Shown piece after piece: positions 1 through 12,302 of a stretch of 64,000 nt of DNA. Source of the stretch: Callorhinchus milii (Eukaryota); assembly GCF_018977255.1 (NCBI RefSeq), contig NW_024704743.1, positions 64,916,001-64,980,000 of the forward strand, given 5' to 3'. Within the stretch, counting starts at the first letter, position 1. Each line of letters starts with the position of its first letter. The notes beneath the pieces are model-generated. The model ran no database searches. It worked only from the letters and a program-made list of their open reading frames with translations, and was not told the origin of the DNA. The position numbers and the translations under genes are program-made.

Positions 1-305
1 ATGGTGAGGCAGATAGGGTGGGGTACACAAAATTTGCTGAGCAAAGGGAACAGCTGGGTTGGTAGGGTTGAAGGAGGTCACAAAGGTAGGGTGGGACAAG
101 ACCAGGGAGGGATTTAAAAGTAAGAATGAGGATCTTGAACTGAATGTGTGGCTACTGAAGCCAAACAAGGATGGGGATCAGCTCACAGCAACACAGGCTG
201 CAGAGTTCTGGATAGTCTGCAGTTTGTGTAGAGAAGAGCTGGGGAGTCTAGCGAGCAGAGCGTTAGCAAAGTCGAGTGATGAAACCAAGCTGGGAGCCAA
301 GTTGA
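1..305 (-). mobile_element. Degenerate L2 LINE fragment
   Basis: Similar to the L2 copies at 15003 and 42786 (gctgcagagttctggat; gaggatcttgaactg). Confidence 0.6.
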
Positions 306-664
306 ATTCTCACTTAGCAGTGGCCTCTGCAAATTGTCTTTCTGAGCTCATTCAGGAGATAGTGGCTGAAATCAATTTGACTTAACTCAGTGCGAGTTTA
401 GGCCATTTAGATGTGTTAAGTATAATAATATAATAATCCTTGCATTTGATATAGCGCTTTTCACGTCTTATCGACGTCTCAAAGTGCTTCACAGAATATA
501 CTGTAAAGTGAATTGACTGTACATTTTTGTGGGTGAAACATGCTCAATATAAATGCAGGGTCATTATAGTTTTGTAAATGTTTTCCTTTTCCGCCAAAAA
601 GACTTTGCTGTAGAAGGATCAAACAATATTTTACCACTGACTCTATCTCTTCCTGATATTCCAG

Positions 665-759
665 GTAATTCTGAAAAAGTCTGGATGCACATTGATGCTG
701 CTTATGCAGGAAGTGCTTTTATTTGCCCAGAATTCAGACCTTTATTAAACGGTGTCGAG
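665..759 (+). CDS. DDC: DDC internal exon, 95 nt (equivalent to human exon 8): [31 protein letters not shown]
   Basis: ccag|gt...gag|gtaag; HxDAAY PLP-binding Asp motif; [10 protein letters not shown] is DDC-type (HDC has GTAFLCPEFR). Confidence 0.96.
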
Positions 760-1084
760 GTAAGAAAAACAAACAACCTTTAATAAGATGGATGGTAAGG
801 ATTCAAAACCTCACCCAACATGATGTTCTTGAGAGAGGTGAACAATGATATCTTGGGATATCTTAGGGGCAGTATAAAGGCCATAAAGAACGAGCACAAA
901 TATAAACAGCATTGCAATGGAACATATGGTTGTAAAAACAATAAAGGACCATTTCAATTAGTTTTGCTGGTTCCAAAGTAAAACAGAAGTCATGTGCTAT
1001 GTCATTTCTCATAGCTTTAATCAATTTCTTTGTTAAACAGATGTATGTAGCCATAGTCAGCAATTACTTGGTGATAAAAAAAAT

Positions 1085-1520
1085 TCTCCCCATCCCCCTC
1101 TGGTTCTTATGCCAATTATCTTGAATCTTTGTCCCCTGGTTACCAATCCACTTGCCAGTGGAAACAGTTTCTCCCTATCGACTCTATCAAAATCCCTTAT
1201 AATTTTGAATACCTCTATTAAATCTCTGAACAATCCCAGATTCTCTTGTCTCCACATAACTGAAGTCCCTCATCCCTGATACTATTCTGGTAAATCTTCT
1301 CTGCACCCTCTCAAAGGCGTTGATATCCTGCCTCCAGTGTGGTGCCCAAAATTGGACGCAATACTCCAGCTGAGGCCTAACCAGTGACTTTTAGAGGTTT
1401 AGCAGAATTCCTTGCTCTTGTACTCAATGCTGTTTATAAAGCCAAGGATTCTATATGCTTTTTTAACCACTTTATCAACCTGTCTTGCCACCTTCAAAGA
1501 CCTGTATATATGAACCCCCA
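1085..1520 (-). mobile_element. CR1 LINE 3' fragment with internal deletions
   Basis: ORF piece [24 protein letters not shown]...TRGQRFKI, typical CR1 ORF2 C-terminus. Confidence 0.85.
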
Positions 1521-3314
1521 AGTCTATCTTTTGTTGCTAAAACTCAAAGGGATTTCACCCCTTTTTGTTTATGGGACGTTATTGTCTGCATATTGACTGC
1601 CACGTTCGCCTACAAAATACAGTCACTTCATTTTGTAGTATATCTAGTGAAGCACTTTGAGATGGCTTCCCAACATGAAAGGTACTATTACCAATGCAAT
1701 GATTATTTTTTAGTCATAGGAACTGAGAAATGGAGGAATATGCAATATTGGAAAAAGCATTACAGTCTGGGTCCATTTTCAACTGTTTCTACAAATATAC
1801 AGTTACTACACTTCACAGTTAAATCATGTGATGTGCTTTGAGACATCTCGATGGCATCATAAAGCATTATAGCAGATGCAAGGATTATTATTAATAACTA
1901 TTATCTCTCCCTATCCACACATCACCATAAAAACATTATCCTATTTTTTCTTGAAACTTAGCCATAGTATTCTGCCTCCACCTTTCACTTCAACTGTAGC
2001 ACTTTTCCGGTGAATATTGTTCGGCTGAGGCAACGAATGAGGTTAAAGTTAGAATAAAGCATTTGTCATCAGACGTTCTATTGGAACAGTGATGAATGCC
2101 AAGATGTCCTAACCTTCAAATCAGCAAAATAGTAGGGTTTACCGCATCATTCAGGTATTGCCATGGAAATATCCACATTACTTGCATTTCCTTTGAGTAA
2201 CTGTGGCGTGCTGCTATTGATTCTTTGTGAAACCCCTCAGGAAATAATGAGGAAATAAATTGTCAATCAAGAGACAAGCACTATCCTTAAACTATCAGCA
2301 TGCCACACCAATGAAAGGTCACATGGTAAGCAGACATTCAGGAGATTGTGGAAACAATGTAAATAGATAAATTAAATCTAGTACAACATTTATTAGCTAT
2401 TGAGGATATTAATCTGGACAAGTGGCCCATTTGTCAGCATAGCAACGATTCATCAACATTCAATGGACTTCAAACCCCAAAGGCTTTACTTCCCCTGTGG
2501 CTTCCGATGTATGCACTACATATAAAGAGGCAATTCAGACTCCTTTTGGGTGATAAGATGAGGTTTTGCTTTGTGAGATAGCAAAGAAACAACTTGTCTG
2601 CAAAAAGGAATGGACCCAAGTGTGATTTTGCTGACATTGGCTGTTTGATGATACATTTCCTGCCTTCCTCTGCAACCCTGCCGGCTGTCACCTCCCTCTT
2701 CTCCCTGGCTCAGTGTCAAGCTCTAGCATTGTAAAGCACTCTTAGATTTGCCCAGCATGAAGGGTGATGCTATATAAATGCTAGTTGTTGTTGATCTGAT
2801 GTTGAAGTAGCTCGAGAATAAAATCTCATTTGTTCAGTGAAAAATATCAGTGTAACTGACTCAGGCAGCAGCTGGAGCTGGTTGAACTTAAATTATTATT
2901 AGGACTTCTGATTTTTGAATTTAACCCCCGATAAAAGACTCCGAAACAAAAAAGAAATAGCAGCATTTTATAAAAACCCTATAAAATGTTACCTTTCCTG
3001 ACATAACTGCGCATGAGTGAGGATGCCTCCTCCCTCTGTGTGAGCAGGCACATTTGAATCTTCCATTAACATTAAGTGGAAAACCTTGATTTTTAAAACT
3101 AAATAAAGCTAAAAGTAACCCCTAAAAATATTTTTTCTGAAACAATGAGAAACAGAAGCCTATTTATGATGTTAGTTCAAAACTGATTAATACCATGGCT
3201 TTGAAGCCTGAAAGGTGCTCACTAAATGTAAATTTGCATTGTACTTTTACAGCATAACTTTCCTATTTGATCTAATTGAGACTATTTTATATTGATGGCC
3301 CCTGGTTTTGGTCT

Positions 3315-3630
3315 TAATAATAATAATAATCCTTGCATTTGATATAGCGCTTTTCACGTCAGGAGGACGTCCCAAAGCGCTTCACAGAACACACTATAGA
3401 GTGAATTGACTGTATATTTGTGGGCGAACGCGGCAGCCAATTGCGCACAGCAATGTCCCACCAACAGTCGTAGATTGAAAATGACCAATTTATTATTGTT
3501 TTGGTTTTGGAGGGATTATTATTAGGCTCTGTGTGGAGTAAGGAAACTTGCCCAAGGTTTCGCCCTCTGCCTGGAATTGAACTCAGGTCTCTCGCTTGCA
3601 AAGCGAGTGCTCTAACCACTGAGCTACAGG
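3315..3630 (-). mobile_element. Young tRNA-Ala-headed Deu-domain SINE (subfamily A), abutting a CR1
   Basis: Reverse complement of the 11987 copy; A/B boxes, Deu-like core, (att)n tail. Confidence 0.9.
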
Positions 3631-5215
3631 TCTTCCCCACAAGTGGAAACATCTTCCCTATGTCTACCCTATCAAAACCTTTCATCATTTTAAAGACCTC
3701 TATCAGGTCACCCCTTACCCTCCTCTTTTCAAGAGAAAAGAGTCCAAGTATGTTCAGCCTTTCCTGATAGGTATAACCTCTCAGTTCTGGGATCATCCTT
3801 GTGAATCTCCTTTGCTCCCTCTCCAGTGCTTCTACATCCCTTCTATAATGTGGGGACCAGAACTGCACACAGTATTCTAAGTGTAGTCTAACCAGTTTAC
3901 CATAATGTCCCTGCTTTTCATTTCTATCCCTCTAGAAATGAACCCCAATGTCTGGTTTGCTTTTTTTATGGTCTTATTAACCAGCGTTGCTACTTTTAGT
4001 GAATTGTATATGTGTGCCCCTAGATCCCTTTGCTCCTCTACCCCATTGAGGCTTTTATTTTCCAGAATATATGTGACTTCCTTATTCCTTCTACCAAAAT
4101 CTACCACCTCACACTTCTCTACATTGAAATACATTTGCCATTTAAATGCCCATTCAGCAAGTTTATTAATGTTTTGCTGTAATTTGTTGCAGTCCTCCTC
4201 TATATAAACTGCTCCCTCTAACTTGGTGTCATCCGCAAATTTTGAAATTGTACTGCTGATTCCGGAGTCTAAATCATTAAATATATATTGTGAACAGCAG
4301 TGATCCCAATACCGATCTTGTGGAACACCACTGCCCATCCCCTGCCAGTCTGAGTAGCTACCCTTCACCCCTACTCCGTTTTCTGTTTTGCAGTCAGCTT
4401 GCTACCCATTCTGCTATTTTTCTCCTGACCCCGCATGCTCTGACTTTATTCATTAGTCTATTATTTGGTACCTTATCGAACGCCTTTTGGAAATTTAAAA
4501 ATATTACATATTGCATTATATTGTCTCCTCTTTCTGTTACCCCTTCAAAGAATTCAATGAGGTTGGTCAAGCATGACCTTCCTTTTTGAAATCCGTGCCG
4601 ACTATTCTTTATCATGTTTTCCGTTTCTAGATGTTTTTCGATTACCTCCTTCAGTAAAGATTCCATTATCTTTCCTACCACCGATGTTAAGCTGACAGGT
4701 CTATAGTTCCCTGGGCTTGTTCTGTCTCCCTTTTTAAATATAGGTATAACATTAGCTATCCTCCAGTCCTCTGGCACTACTCCCTTTTCTAATGAGTTAT
4801 TATATATGTGTAATAGTGCCTCTGCTGTCTCGTCCCTCAATTCTTTTATTATACGTGGATGCAATCCATCTGGACCAGGGGTTTTATCCTCTCTGAGTTT
4901 TGTTAGTTTTTCGATTATATCTCCCCTATGTATTTATATTATTTTTTATCTCTTCTTCTACTGTCATGTCCACCTGATCTGTATCCCTGGTGAATACTGA
5001 GGCAAAGTAATTATTTAATATTTCTGCCAATTCGCTGTTGTGGCCTGTGAGCTTATCTTGTCCATCCCTTAGTGGTCCTATTTTGATTTTTCTTTTGTTA
5101 TTTATGTCTGTAGAATATTTTACTATTTCTTTTTATATTCCTTGATAATTTAATTTCATAATTCCTCTTTGCCTTCCTAATTGTTTATTTGACTATTTTC
5201 CTGACCTCTTTGTTT
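3631..5215 (-). mobile_element. CR1 LINE ORF2 (reverse transcriptase) fragment, frameshifted
   Basis: VPEDWRIANVIPIFKKG, NYRPVSLTSV, GVPQ, SKFADDTKL, RGDLIEVFK in successive broken ORFs. Confidence 0.93.
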
Positions 5216-5345
5216 CAATGATTCTATAAATGAATGAACATTACTGTGAATTATTTTGGATAAGTACTAAAGGAACAAGTATCATGAGCCTTTGGTGAAA
5301 GGTCATGATTTAGTGCAGATATAAAGCAATTGAATGTGACTCTAG

Positions 5346-5444
<99 letters not shown>

Positions 5445-5769
5445 TAAGTTACTTATATATCTCTTCTACAAAACATTGTGATAATAATAATTCTCAGTGG
5501 CATCTGTGAGTTCACTGTCTCTGTGGTGTCAACCTGGCTCAGTTGGTAGTACTCTCAGCTCAGCATCCGAGGTCGTAGGCTCAGATTGGACATCAGGATG
5601 TTGATACTGCAATGCAGTACGAGGGGAGTGAAGCACTACATTATCAGTCTGATAGTCATTAGTTATAAACTGGCTAGTTTGCATTTACCAGTGATGATTA
5701 TCATACATGTCATCACACCTTGTAAATTGCACCTGTTGTTCACCTTGTTAACTGTGAGTCTGACATGTA

Positions 5770-6565
5770 CTGATTCCGACTCCCACTGTGAGGAAATGCT
5801 GGACTTCCTCTAGTCCAAAATCGAGGGAATCCGCTCAGCTGCCACTGCCCTCCCAACTTCCACACCCTACTTACGCCCACCCCACACTCCAACCACTACC
5901 CATCCCTCCTTCCACACCTTTGAACCTGTCACCCCCTCCTCTGTCTTCACAACTATATCATCCATGAAGCCCACCATCTGCTCCCTGGACCCCATCCCCA
6001 CCCCTCTCCTTAAATCCCAGCTCCACCTCCTTGCCCCACTACTCTCCGACATCATCAACCTCTCCCTGTCATCTGGCACTGTTCCTACCCCCCTCAAAAC
6101 AGCCACTATCACCCCCACCTTGAAGAAACCTTTCCTTGACCCATCACAGCCATCCAGCTACCGGCCCATCTCCCACCTCCCTTTTCTGTCTAAGGTCCTT
6201 GAGAGAGCCGTTGCCTCCCAGCTTCACTCTTTCCTCTCCTCCCACTGCCTCATCCCTCAGGCTGCCGAAATCCTCACCCACGGATTTGTCATATCAAGAC
6301 TTGATAACTCCCTCCTCATCGGCCTTCCCAACTCTTCCCTTCACAAGCTGCAGATCATTCAAAACTCTGCAGCTCATGCACCAGGCTCTGTGACCCCATC
6401 ACTCCCACCCTCGCCCGACTCCACTGGCTCCCCATCCTTCAGAGGATCCAATTCAAGATCCTCGTCCTCACTTTCAAGGCCATCCATGGCCTTGCCCCCT
6501 CCTACCTTTCTGACCTGCTGACTCCCTACCAACCTGCCCGCTCCCTCCATTCAGCGGGCTCCAAA
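5770..6565 (+). mobile_element. L2 LINE ORF2 fragment with large internal deletion
   Basis: CSLDPIPT, SYRPISHLPFLSKVLE, ISRLD, LQIIQNSAA. Confidence 0.88.
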
Positions 6566-6985
6566 CTTCCTACTGTTTATTCAACAAGAACCATTTTATT
6601 GTTTGGCCAATTATTTGCAGAATTACAACAACAAAATTACATTTGTATCGTGCCTTTCATGTCGGGAGGACAGCCCAAGGTGCTGGACAGTGTTTAGGAC
6701 CCGAGCTGGGGGGCGGAATTACCAGGAGCTGAGCGGGAACAATTCTGTCTCACCGATTCATCCTAATTTCATGTAGTGTATGAACAAGTATCTTTGATGG
6801 CATGTTAGAAATGAAATGTTCAAGTTGTCAATTCCAACTTTCGGGTTGTGAATATTGATCGTCAGATTTATGATGAGATTGCAAAAACAAAAGAGAGCTG
6901 CAAGGTAGATTTACAATTAAACTGATTTTGTGCAGCATAAGTTGTGAAGTATAAATTAAGTCATACATGTTTTCATTACATTTAG

Positions 6986-7062
6986 GGTGAAGAAAAGATC
7001 AGACCTTATCGGTGCTTTTAAAGTGGATCCTCTTTACCTTAAACATGAGCATCAGGACTCTG
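6986..7062 (+). CDS. DDC: DDC exon, 77 nt: [25 protein letters not shown] (catalytic loop with conserved Tyr)
   Basis: tttag|g...g|gtac; DPxYLKH motif; phases match neighbours. Confidence 0.95.
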
Positions 7063-7469
7063 GTACTTTTTCAGATCAATGTTTTTATTGTTTATATTTT
7101 GTGGAATTGATTTATATTCTTTGTACACAATGCATCTCACGTCACTAAAATCCTAATTTCCAGCAGCAGTTTATGTCATGTATAATTATACTGTTCGCAG
7201 ATAAATGCTTGCCATTAGTGCAATTTATTTTGAAAGGGTAGGTCATTGAACATTGATTTGTGTTAGATTATCATTACTGATGCAGTGACAATACAAGAGA
7301 AAACATGCGAAGCTTGCTGACAACAACAAATGCATTTATAGAGTTGACCGGACACTTAAGCTTGATTTTGATTAAAATTAAAAACCTAATTTTAAAACAA
7401 ACCAACAATTTCACTGGGGAATGTGCCTTTGGAGGCGGAGTGGACTGTGAAGGGAGTCAAATGATAGTA

Positions 7470-7792
7470 CAGTAAAACTCACAGGTCATATCAGTTGAGA
7501 CCATAACATTCAATATGACTTGTCCAAAGTCTGAGTTGAAAGCAAACTATATTGTAGAATATCCGATTTAATCAATAATTTATATTGCGCATGTGTAATT
7601 CAATGCTGGTAAGTACACATGTGACCGGTCAAGACATTTCCCGGGATTCAAGTGGCTGCTAAGTGCGGGAGTAATGGGTAGGGGAACAGTGTTAGGAGGT
7701 GATTATTACAAGCAGTGCAAAGAACTCTAAGTGGTTTTAATAGGAAACTAAATGGGACCCCAGGATTTGCATGATTTATGTGAGTTTTACTG
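7470..7792. mobile_element. Tc1/mariner (pogo/Tigger-like) MITE
   Basis: Perfect 14-bp TIR CAGTAAAACTCACA / TGTGAGTTTTACTG flanked by TA on both sides. Confidence 0.8.
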
Positions 7793-8003
7793 TACTCACT
7801 TTATGGATTTCTTTGTTATGCTGCCTGATCGAAACCCACAGAAGTGTTAGGCTTTGAAATGCATTTAAACTATTTGTGCCTTAAAATAAGCTTTGAAGTT
7901 GAACTGAAATCTATAAAATACACATTTTGTTATGCATAATGTTCTGTAAATTAAGCTTTTGATAGATTTAGTAGCTAAACTACAATATTACTTATGTTTT
8001 CAG

Positions 8004-8023
8004 GACTTATCACTGATTACAGG
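8004..8023 (+). CDS. DDC: DDC 20-nt micro-exon: (G)LITDYR
   Basis: ttttcag|ga...agg|gtgag; exactly bridges the frame between flanking exons. Confidence 0.93.
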
Positions 8024-8379
8024 GTGAGTGTCCTGCTACATTTAAATGTGAAGTAGTTTCATTATACACACATTGTATATACTTATTATACATATATATT
8101 GTACATTCAAAAATCTTTGCTGGTAGGGCCTCATCCAATTTACCATTCTTCAGTATGAGCCTATAAAATCCCATTACATTTTTTCCATAAGACTACAGAA
8201 TATATTGTGTAAAATAGTAACTGCATGAAATAGATCTGAATATTAACAGTGAAAGTAGATTAATCAGCATGGAATCTTATCTACTACAAAATCTTCCGTA
8301 ATAGTCTCATTCTATTTCTGTACACCCAACATTTGGGTCAAATCAAAGATTAATGCTACAAGCTGCTCTTTACTTTTCT

Positions 8380-8731
8380 GTGGAGTTCTATAGCTCAGTG
8401 GTTTGAGCACTTGCCTTGCAAGAGAGAGTCCTGGGTTCAATTCCTGGCAGGGCAAAACACTGGGCAAGTTTTTTTTACTCCACACTCCTGTTTACCTAGC
8501 AGTAAATAGGAATCCGGTTGTTAGTTGATTGGCGGATCGCTTTTCCGGGGATAATAATTCCTTTCTTAAAAAAAGTCACTCAATCCACAACTGTTTGTGA
8601 TACACTGTTGTGCGCAATTGGCTGCCGTGTTTCACCTGCAAAATATACAGTCAATTCGCTTTACAGTATATTCTGTGAAACACGTTGAGACATCTCAAAG
8701 ATGTGATAAGGCAAATGAAAGTATTATTATA
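8380..8731 (+). mobile_element. tRNA-Ala/Deu SINE (subfamily B)
   Basis: tagctcagtgg A-box, ggttcaattcc B-box, tgtttacctagcag...gatcgcttttccgggg middle, tgcgcaattggctgccg core. Confidence 0.88.
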
Positions 8732-8838
8732 ATTAGAGTAACTATTTATCTCAAAGGCATGCTGTAGACTTGTAAATCAACTGCTTTGGCATTGGAATGT
8801 TGCATGATGGTATCTTAACTAATTTTCTTCATGTGTAG

Positions 8839-8937
8839 CATTGGGGGATTCCACTCGGACGCAGATTCCGCTCTCTGAAAATGTGGTTTGTGTTCCGAAT
8901 GTTTGGAATAAAAGGTCTTCAAGAACATATTCGCAAG
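8839..8937 (+). CDS. DDC: DDC exon, 99 nt: [33 protein letters not shown]
   Basis: tgtag|cat...aag|gtaat; [11 protein letters not shown] motif. Confidence 0.96.
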
Positions 8938-9201
8938 GTAATCCAGCACCTTGCCGTGAAAGGCACTTTACAAATGTAATTTTGTTGTTGTTGTAACATT
9001 AAGAATAAGACTGTATCTACTATTCATTATTTCAGTGCTACTGTATGTAAGTTGAGGTATTATGAGTATCCTTTTTTAGCCGCATTTAACCATCAATCTC
9101 CAGAGTAAGGAGCAAGAATGGAATGCTGAAATCTTCACTGTAAATCTTTACAATTCCGCTTATCAAAACGTGGTCAGCAAATATCCCTTCTTTTTTTGCA
9201 G

Positions 9202-9303
9202 CAAGTGAATCTTGCGCATGAGTTCGAAGGCTTACTACTTCAAGATAAAAGGTTTGAGATTGCGTCTGATGTCGTGTTGGGACTAGTGTGCTTCAGACTC
9301 AAG
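9202..9303 (+). CDS. DDC: DDC exon, 102 nt: [34 protein letters not shown]
   Basis: ttttgcag|caa...aag|gtac; LGLVCFRLK motif. Confidence 0.96.
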
Positions 9304-9544
9304 GTACATATCCAAGAGATTTTCTAAAGCTACTCCTTAACAACAGAGCTGGTGAAAGAATTCTTCAATTGGTCTCAAATTCATTGTAAATGAATGTCTA
9401 TTTGTATTTGAGTGCTAAATGTGTAATACAGGATTCTGAAGGATTTAGTCTGGCTTCTAGGAATCCATGTATTACCATGTATTACTTTAGATTCCACTCT
9501 AGCCCCAGATGAACAAGTCAATTTTTTTTTAAAAAAAGCATATT

Positions 9545-10390
9545 TAGAGTCAAGCATACACCCTCCCTACCATAAATAATCTGTACCCACTGTAACCAGG
9601 AGATGGAAGTATAAAGGAGCAATTAGGGGATGTAAAAAGGAATTTAGGAGGTGCTTCTTTATGCAGAGGGTAGTGATAATGTGGAATTTGCTGCCCAAAG
9701 TGGTGGTTGAAGGAGATAATGTAGCTCTTGTGGGTGTCGTGGCAGATGGGCCTTCTTCTATGCTGTAACATTTCTATGGTTCCAAGGTACAGATGCATTT
9801 AAAAGGAAGCTAGATAGACACAAATGAGGGAGAAGGGAATGGAAGAGAATGGAAGACTCGAGAAGGGAGGTGGCCGATGGCATGGTCGAAAAGGAGGGTC
9901 TTGAGGCGGGACTTGAAAGAGGCTAAGAAGGGGGCGAGGCGGAGTGATTGGGGGATGGAATTCCAGAGGTTGAGGGCAGAGTGGCTGAAGGCTCTCCCGT
10001 CAATGGTGGGTCGGGCAGCGTGGAGCAGGCCAGAGCGGAGGGAATGGGCGGGTTGGTAGATCGCAGAGTAGGGAGGGGCGAAGCCATGGAGGGCTTTGGA
10101 TGTGAGGACCAATAACAACAACTTGGATTTATACAGTGCCCTCCATGCCGGATGGCGTCTCAGAGTGCTTCACAGTAACGGATCCCGGGACTGATCCAGG
10201 GGGGAGAGGGAGGAAGGTGACCAAAGGCGCAGTCGAAAAGAAAGGTCTTCAGCTGAGATCTGAAAGTGGGAAGAGAGGGGGCGAGGCGAAGGGAGTTCCA
10301 GAGCCTCTGGGCATAGTGGCTGAAGGCATGGCCGCCGATGGTGGAGCGGAGGACTTGAGGGACAAAGAGGAGGCCAGTCCTGGTAGGCTG
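9545..10390. mobile_element. Cluster: CR1 3' remnants (+) followed by two L2 3' fragments (-) of different subfamilies
   Basis: GRAFSHSALNLWNSIP on -; aacaacaacttggatttata tail at ~10113 matches the 46047 copy. Confidence 0.75.
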
Positions 10391-11306
10391 ATAACATCAG
10401 TCTACACAGTCCATTATACTAGCCTAGGTGTCTCACAGATACAATGGTTCCAACAGAACATAAAGCACAATGTTTGATTATTTTCATACATATTTATCCT
10501 TATTTTATTCCATCCATTGCTCACCAGATATTTTATCCAGCTCTGTTGAAGGAATTAATGTAAATGTGTACTTTGAACACTGTTTATATATTTAATTAAC
10601 ACGTGTATGAATTTAATTAAACTTAACTATTGTTAGGTGCAATATAATCCGATTTTAATGTGGTAGGTAGTTGAGAGGTGGGGTCCATAAAATCCCAAAC
10701 AGCCTTATAATGAGGTGCAATCACCAGTCCAAAGGGCACCTGCCTTATTAGCAAACCAGTTATAAGGGGGTGCCTCATAACAGGGTTCTAATGAATTTGT
10801 TTATTTCAGTAAAGATTGTTTAAGTAACATCATGTAGATCAGGTTCGGCCAACCATTTGACTGCTGAAAGCCAGATGTCCCATTTGAGAAATGGCTGCAT
10901 AAGCAATACTTTTGTGTTTCCCTTCCACAAGCATAGCATAACATTTACAGGTTATGGAGGGAGTGACTGGGCCAGATGCAATGGAGGGTGGGATGTGTTC
11001 TACACCCTGATGTAGAACATTTATCAAGTTGTTTATGTAAGTTTATACTCATGATGCTCAGGCCAGTGAGTTCCTGATCTCAGTTTTATCTGCAATGGGA
11101 AGGCATTGAGCATATACATTTGCACTTTGAGGTGTGTATGAGCCAGGGAAGCCAAAGGATAGCATACAAACCTGCTACTAAAGTGTATGTTTTCATCCTA
11201 AAAAAATCATTTTTGTTTTGCTATTTGCAAAGGTTGCTGTGAATTATGCAAGTGAAAGATGCAAAATCAGTGATTTATGATATTAAACTTTTTTTAAAAA
11301 AAACAG

Positions 11307-11507
11307 GGGTCAAATGATCTCAACGAAATGCTCATTAAAAGAATCAACGCAGGGAGAAAGATCCACATGGTGCCATGCAATCTTCAAGACAAGTTTGTGC
11401 TTCGTTTTGCCGTATGTGCAGCTACAACTGAAAGTAAACATATTCATTATGCTTGGCAGATCATAAAGGAGCTTGCTACGGAGCTGCTTGATGAAGGCTA
11501 TCAGTAG
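11307..11507 (+). CDS. DDC: DDC last coding exon: GSNDLNEMLIKRINAGRKIHMVPCNLQDKFVLRFAVCAATTESKHIHYAWQIIKELATELLDEGYQ*
   Basis: aacag|ggg; KIHMVPC and FVLRFA motifs; TAG at 11505-11507. Confidence 0.95.
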   Translation, partial: GSNDLNEMLIKRINAGRKIHMVPCNLQDKFVLRFAVCAATTESKHIHYAWQIIKELATELLDEGYQ

Positions 11508-11756
11508 ATGTGCTATACTCAATGAGATATACTTGTATTTTACAATTTTATCCTAAATAAGTCCTATTATTTTCCTGAATTGTTTCAGCTGATTTTGCTT
11601 AACATAGTGTAGAAAATGATGAATTTGGGTTACATTTGGCACTCCTGACCCTTGTAATTTTGGGGGTAATAGTGTATTTTTGCATTGTGTAACTTGCAAA
11701 ATGTAATTTTAATTATGAGTTTAATACGTGAAAAAGTTCATTTAATCATGTTATGT

Positions 11757-11762
11757 AATAAA
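11757..11762 (+). terminator. Candidate DDC polyadenylation signal AATAAA (a second at 11869-11874)
   Basis: First AATAAA after the stop, at the end of a U-rich stretch; a separate non-coding last exon cannot be excluded. Confidence 0.5.
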
Positions 11763-11986
11763 TACAATCACATTATATGTGCTCTGAGCCACCATCTGGT
11801 GTGAAGGGTGCTATATAAATGCAAGTTGTTAGTAGTAATGTACTGTAACAGGCAGAGCAGATGTTGAGAATAAAGATGATACCAACCATAGTTGGTGAAC
11901 AAAACCATTGACTCTGTAATAATCTTTGAGATGATACAGCATCGTATCATGTAGCAATGTCTGGCATTCACAGAATGTACTATCAG

Positions 11987-12302
11987 GTGGAGTCCCGTAG
12001 CTCAGTGATTAGAGCACTCGCTTTGCAAGTGAGAGACCTGAGTTCAATTCCAGGCAGGTCAGGGCGAAACCTTGGGCAAGTTTCCTTACTCCACACACCT
12101 AATAATAATCTCTCCAAAACCCAAAACAATAATAAATTGGTCATTTTCAATCTACGACTGTTTGTGGGACACTGCTGTGCGCAATTGGCTGCCGCGTTCG
12201 CCCACAAATATACAGTCAATTCACTTTACAGTGTGTTCTGTGAAGCGCTTTGGGACGTCCTCCCGACGTGAAAAGCGCTATATCAAATGCAAGGATTATT
12301 AT
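11987..12302 (+). mobile_element. Full-length young tRNA-Ala/Deu SINE (subfamily A) just downstream of DDC
   Basis: tRNA-like head with TGC anticodon loop, B-box gttcaattc, core gctgtgcgcaattggctgccgcg, L2-like 3' stem-loop, (att)n tail. Confidence 0.92.

Noticed and set aside
3877..4864. Long RT-like ORFs as a functional retroelement or domesticated gene
   Set aside because: Broken by frameshifts and stops and 5'-truncated; ordinary CR1 debris. The same applies to the L2 ORFs at 5964, 15077 and 42909.
11283..11306. Odd acceptor of the last DDC coding exon (T-run then A-run before CAG)
   Set aside because: Frame and homology fix the junction; a weak pyrimidine tract alone supports no further claim.
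11987..12060. tRNA-Ala(TGC)-like sequence (also 8380, 63786 and others)
   Set aside because: No proper acceptor stem and always fused to the SINE body; these are SINE heads, not tRNA genes.
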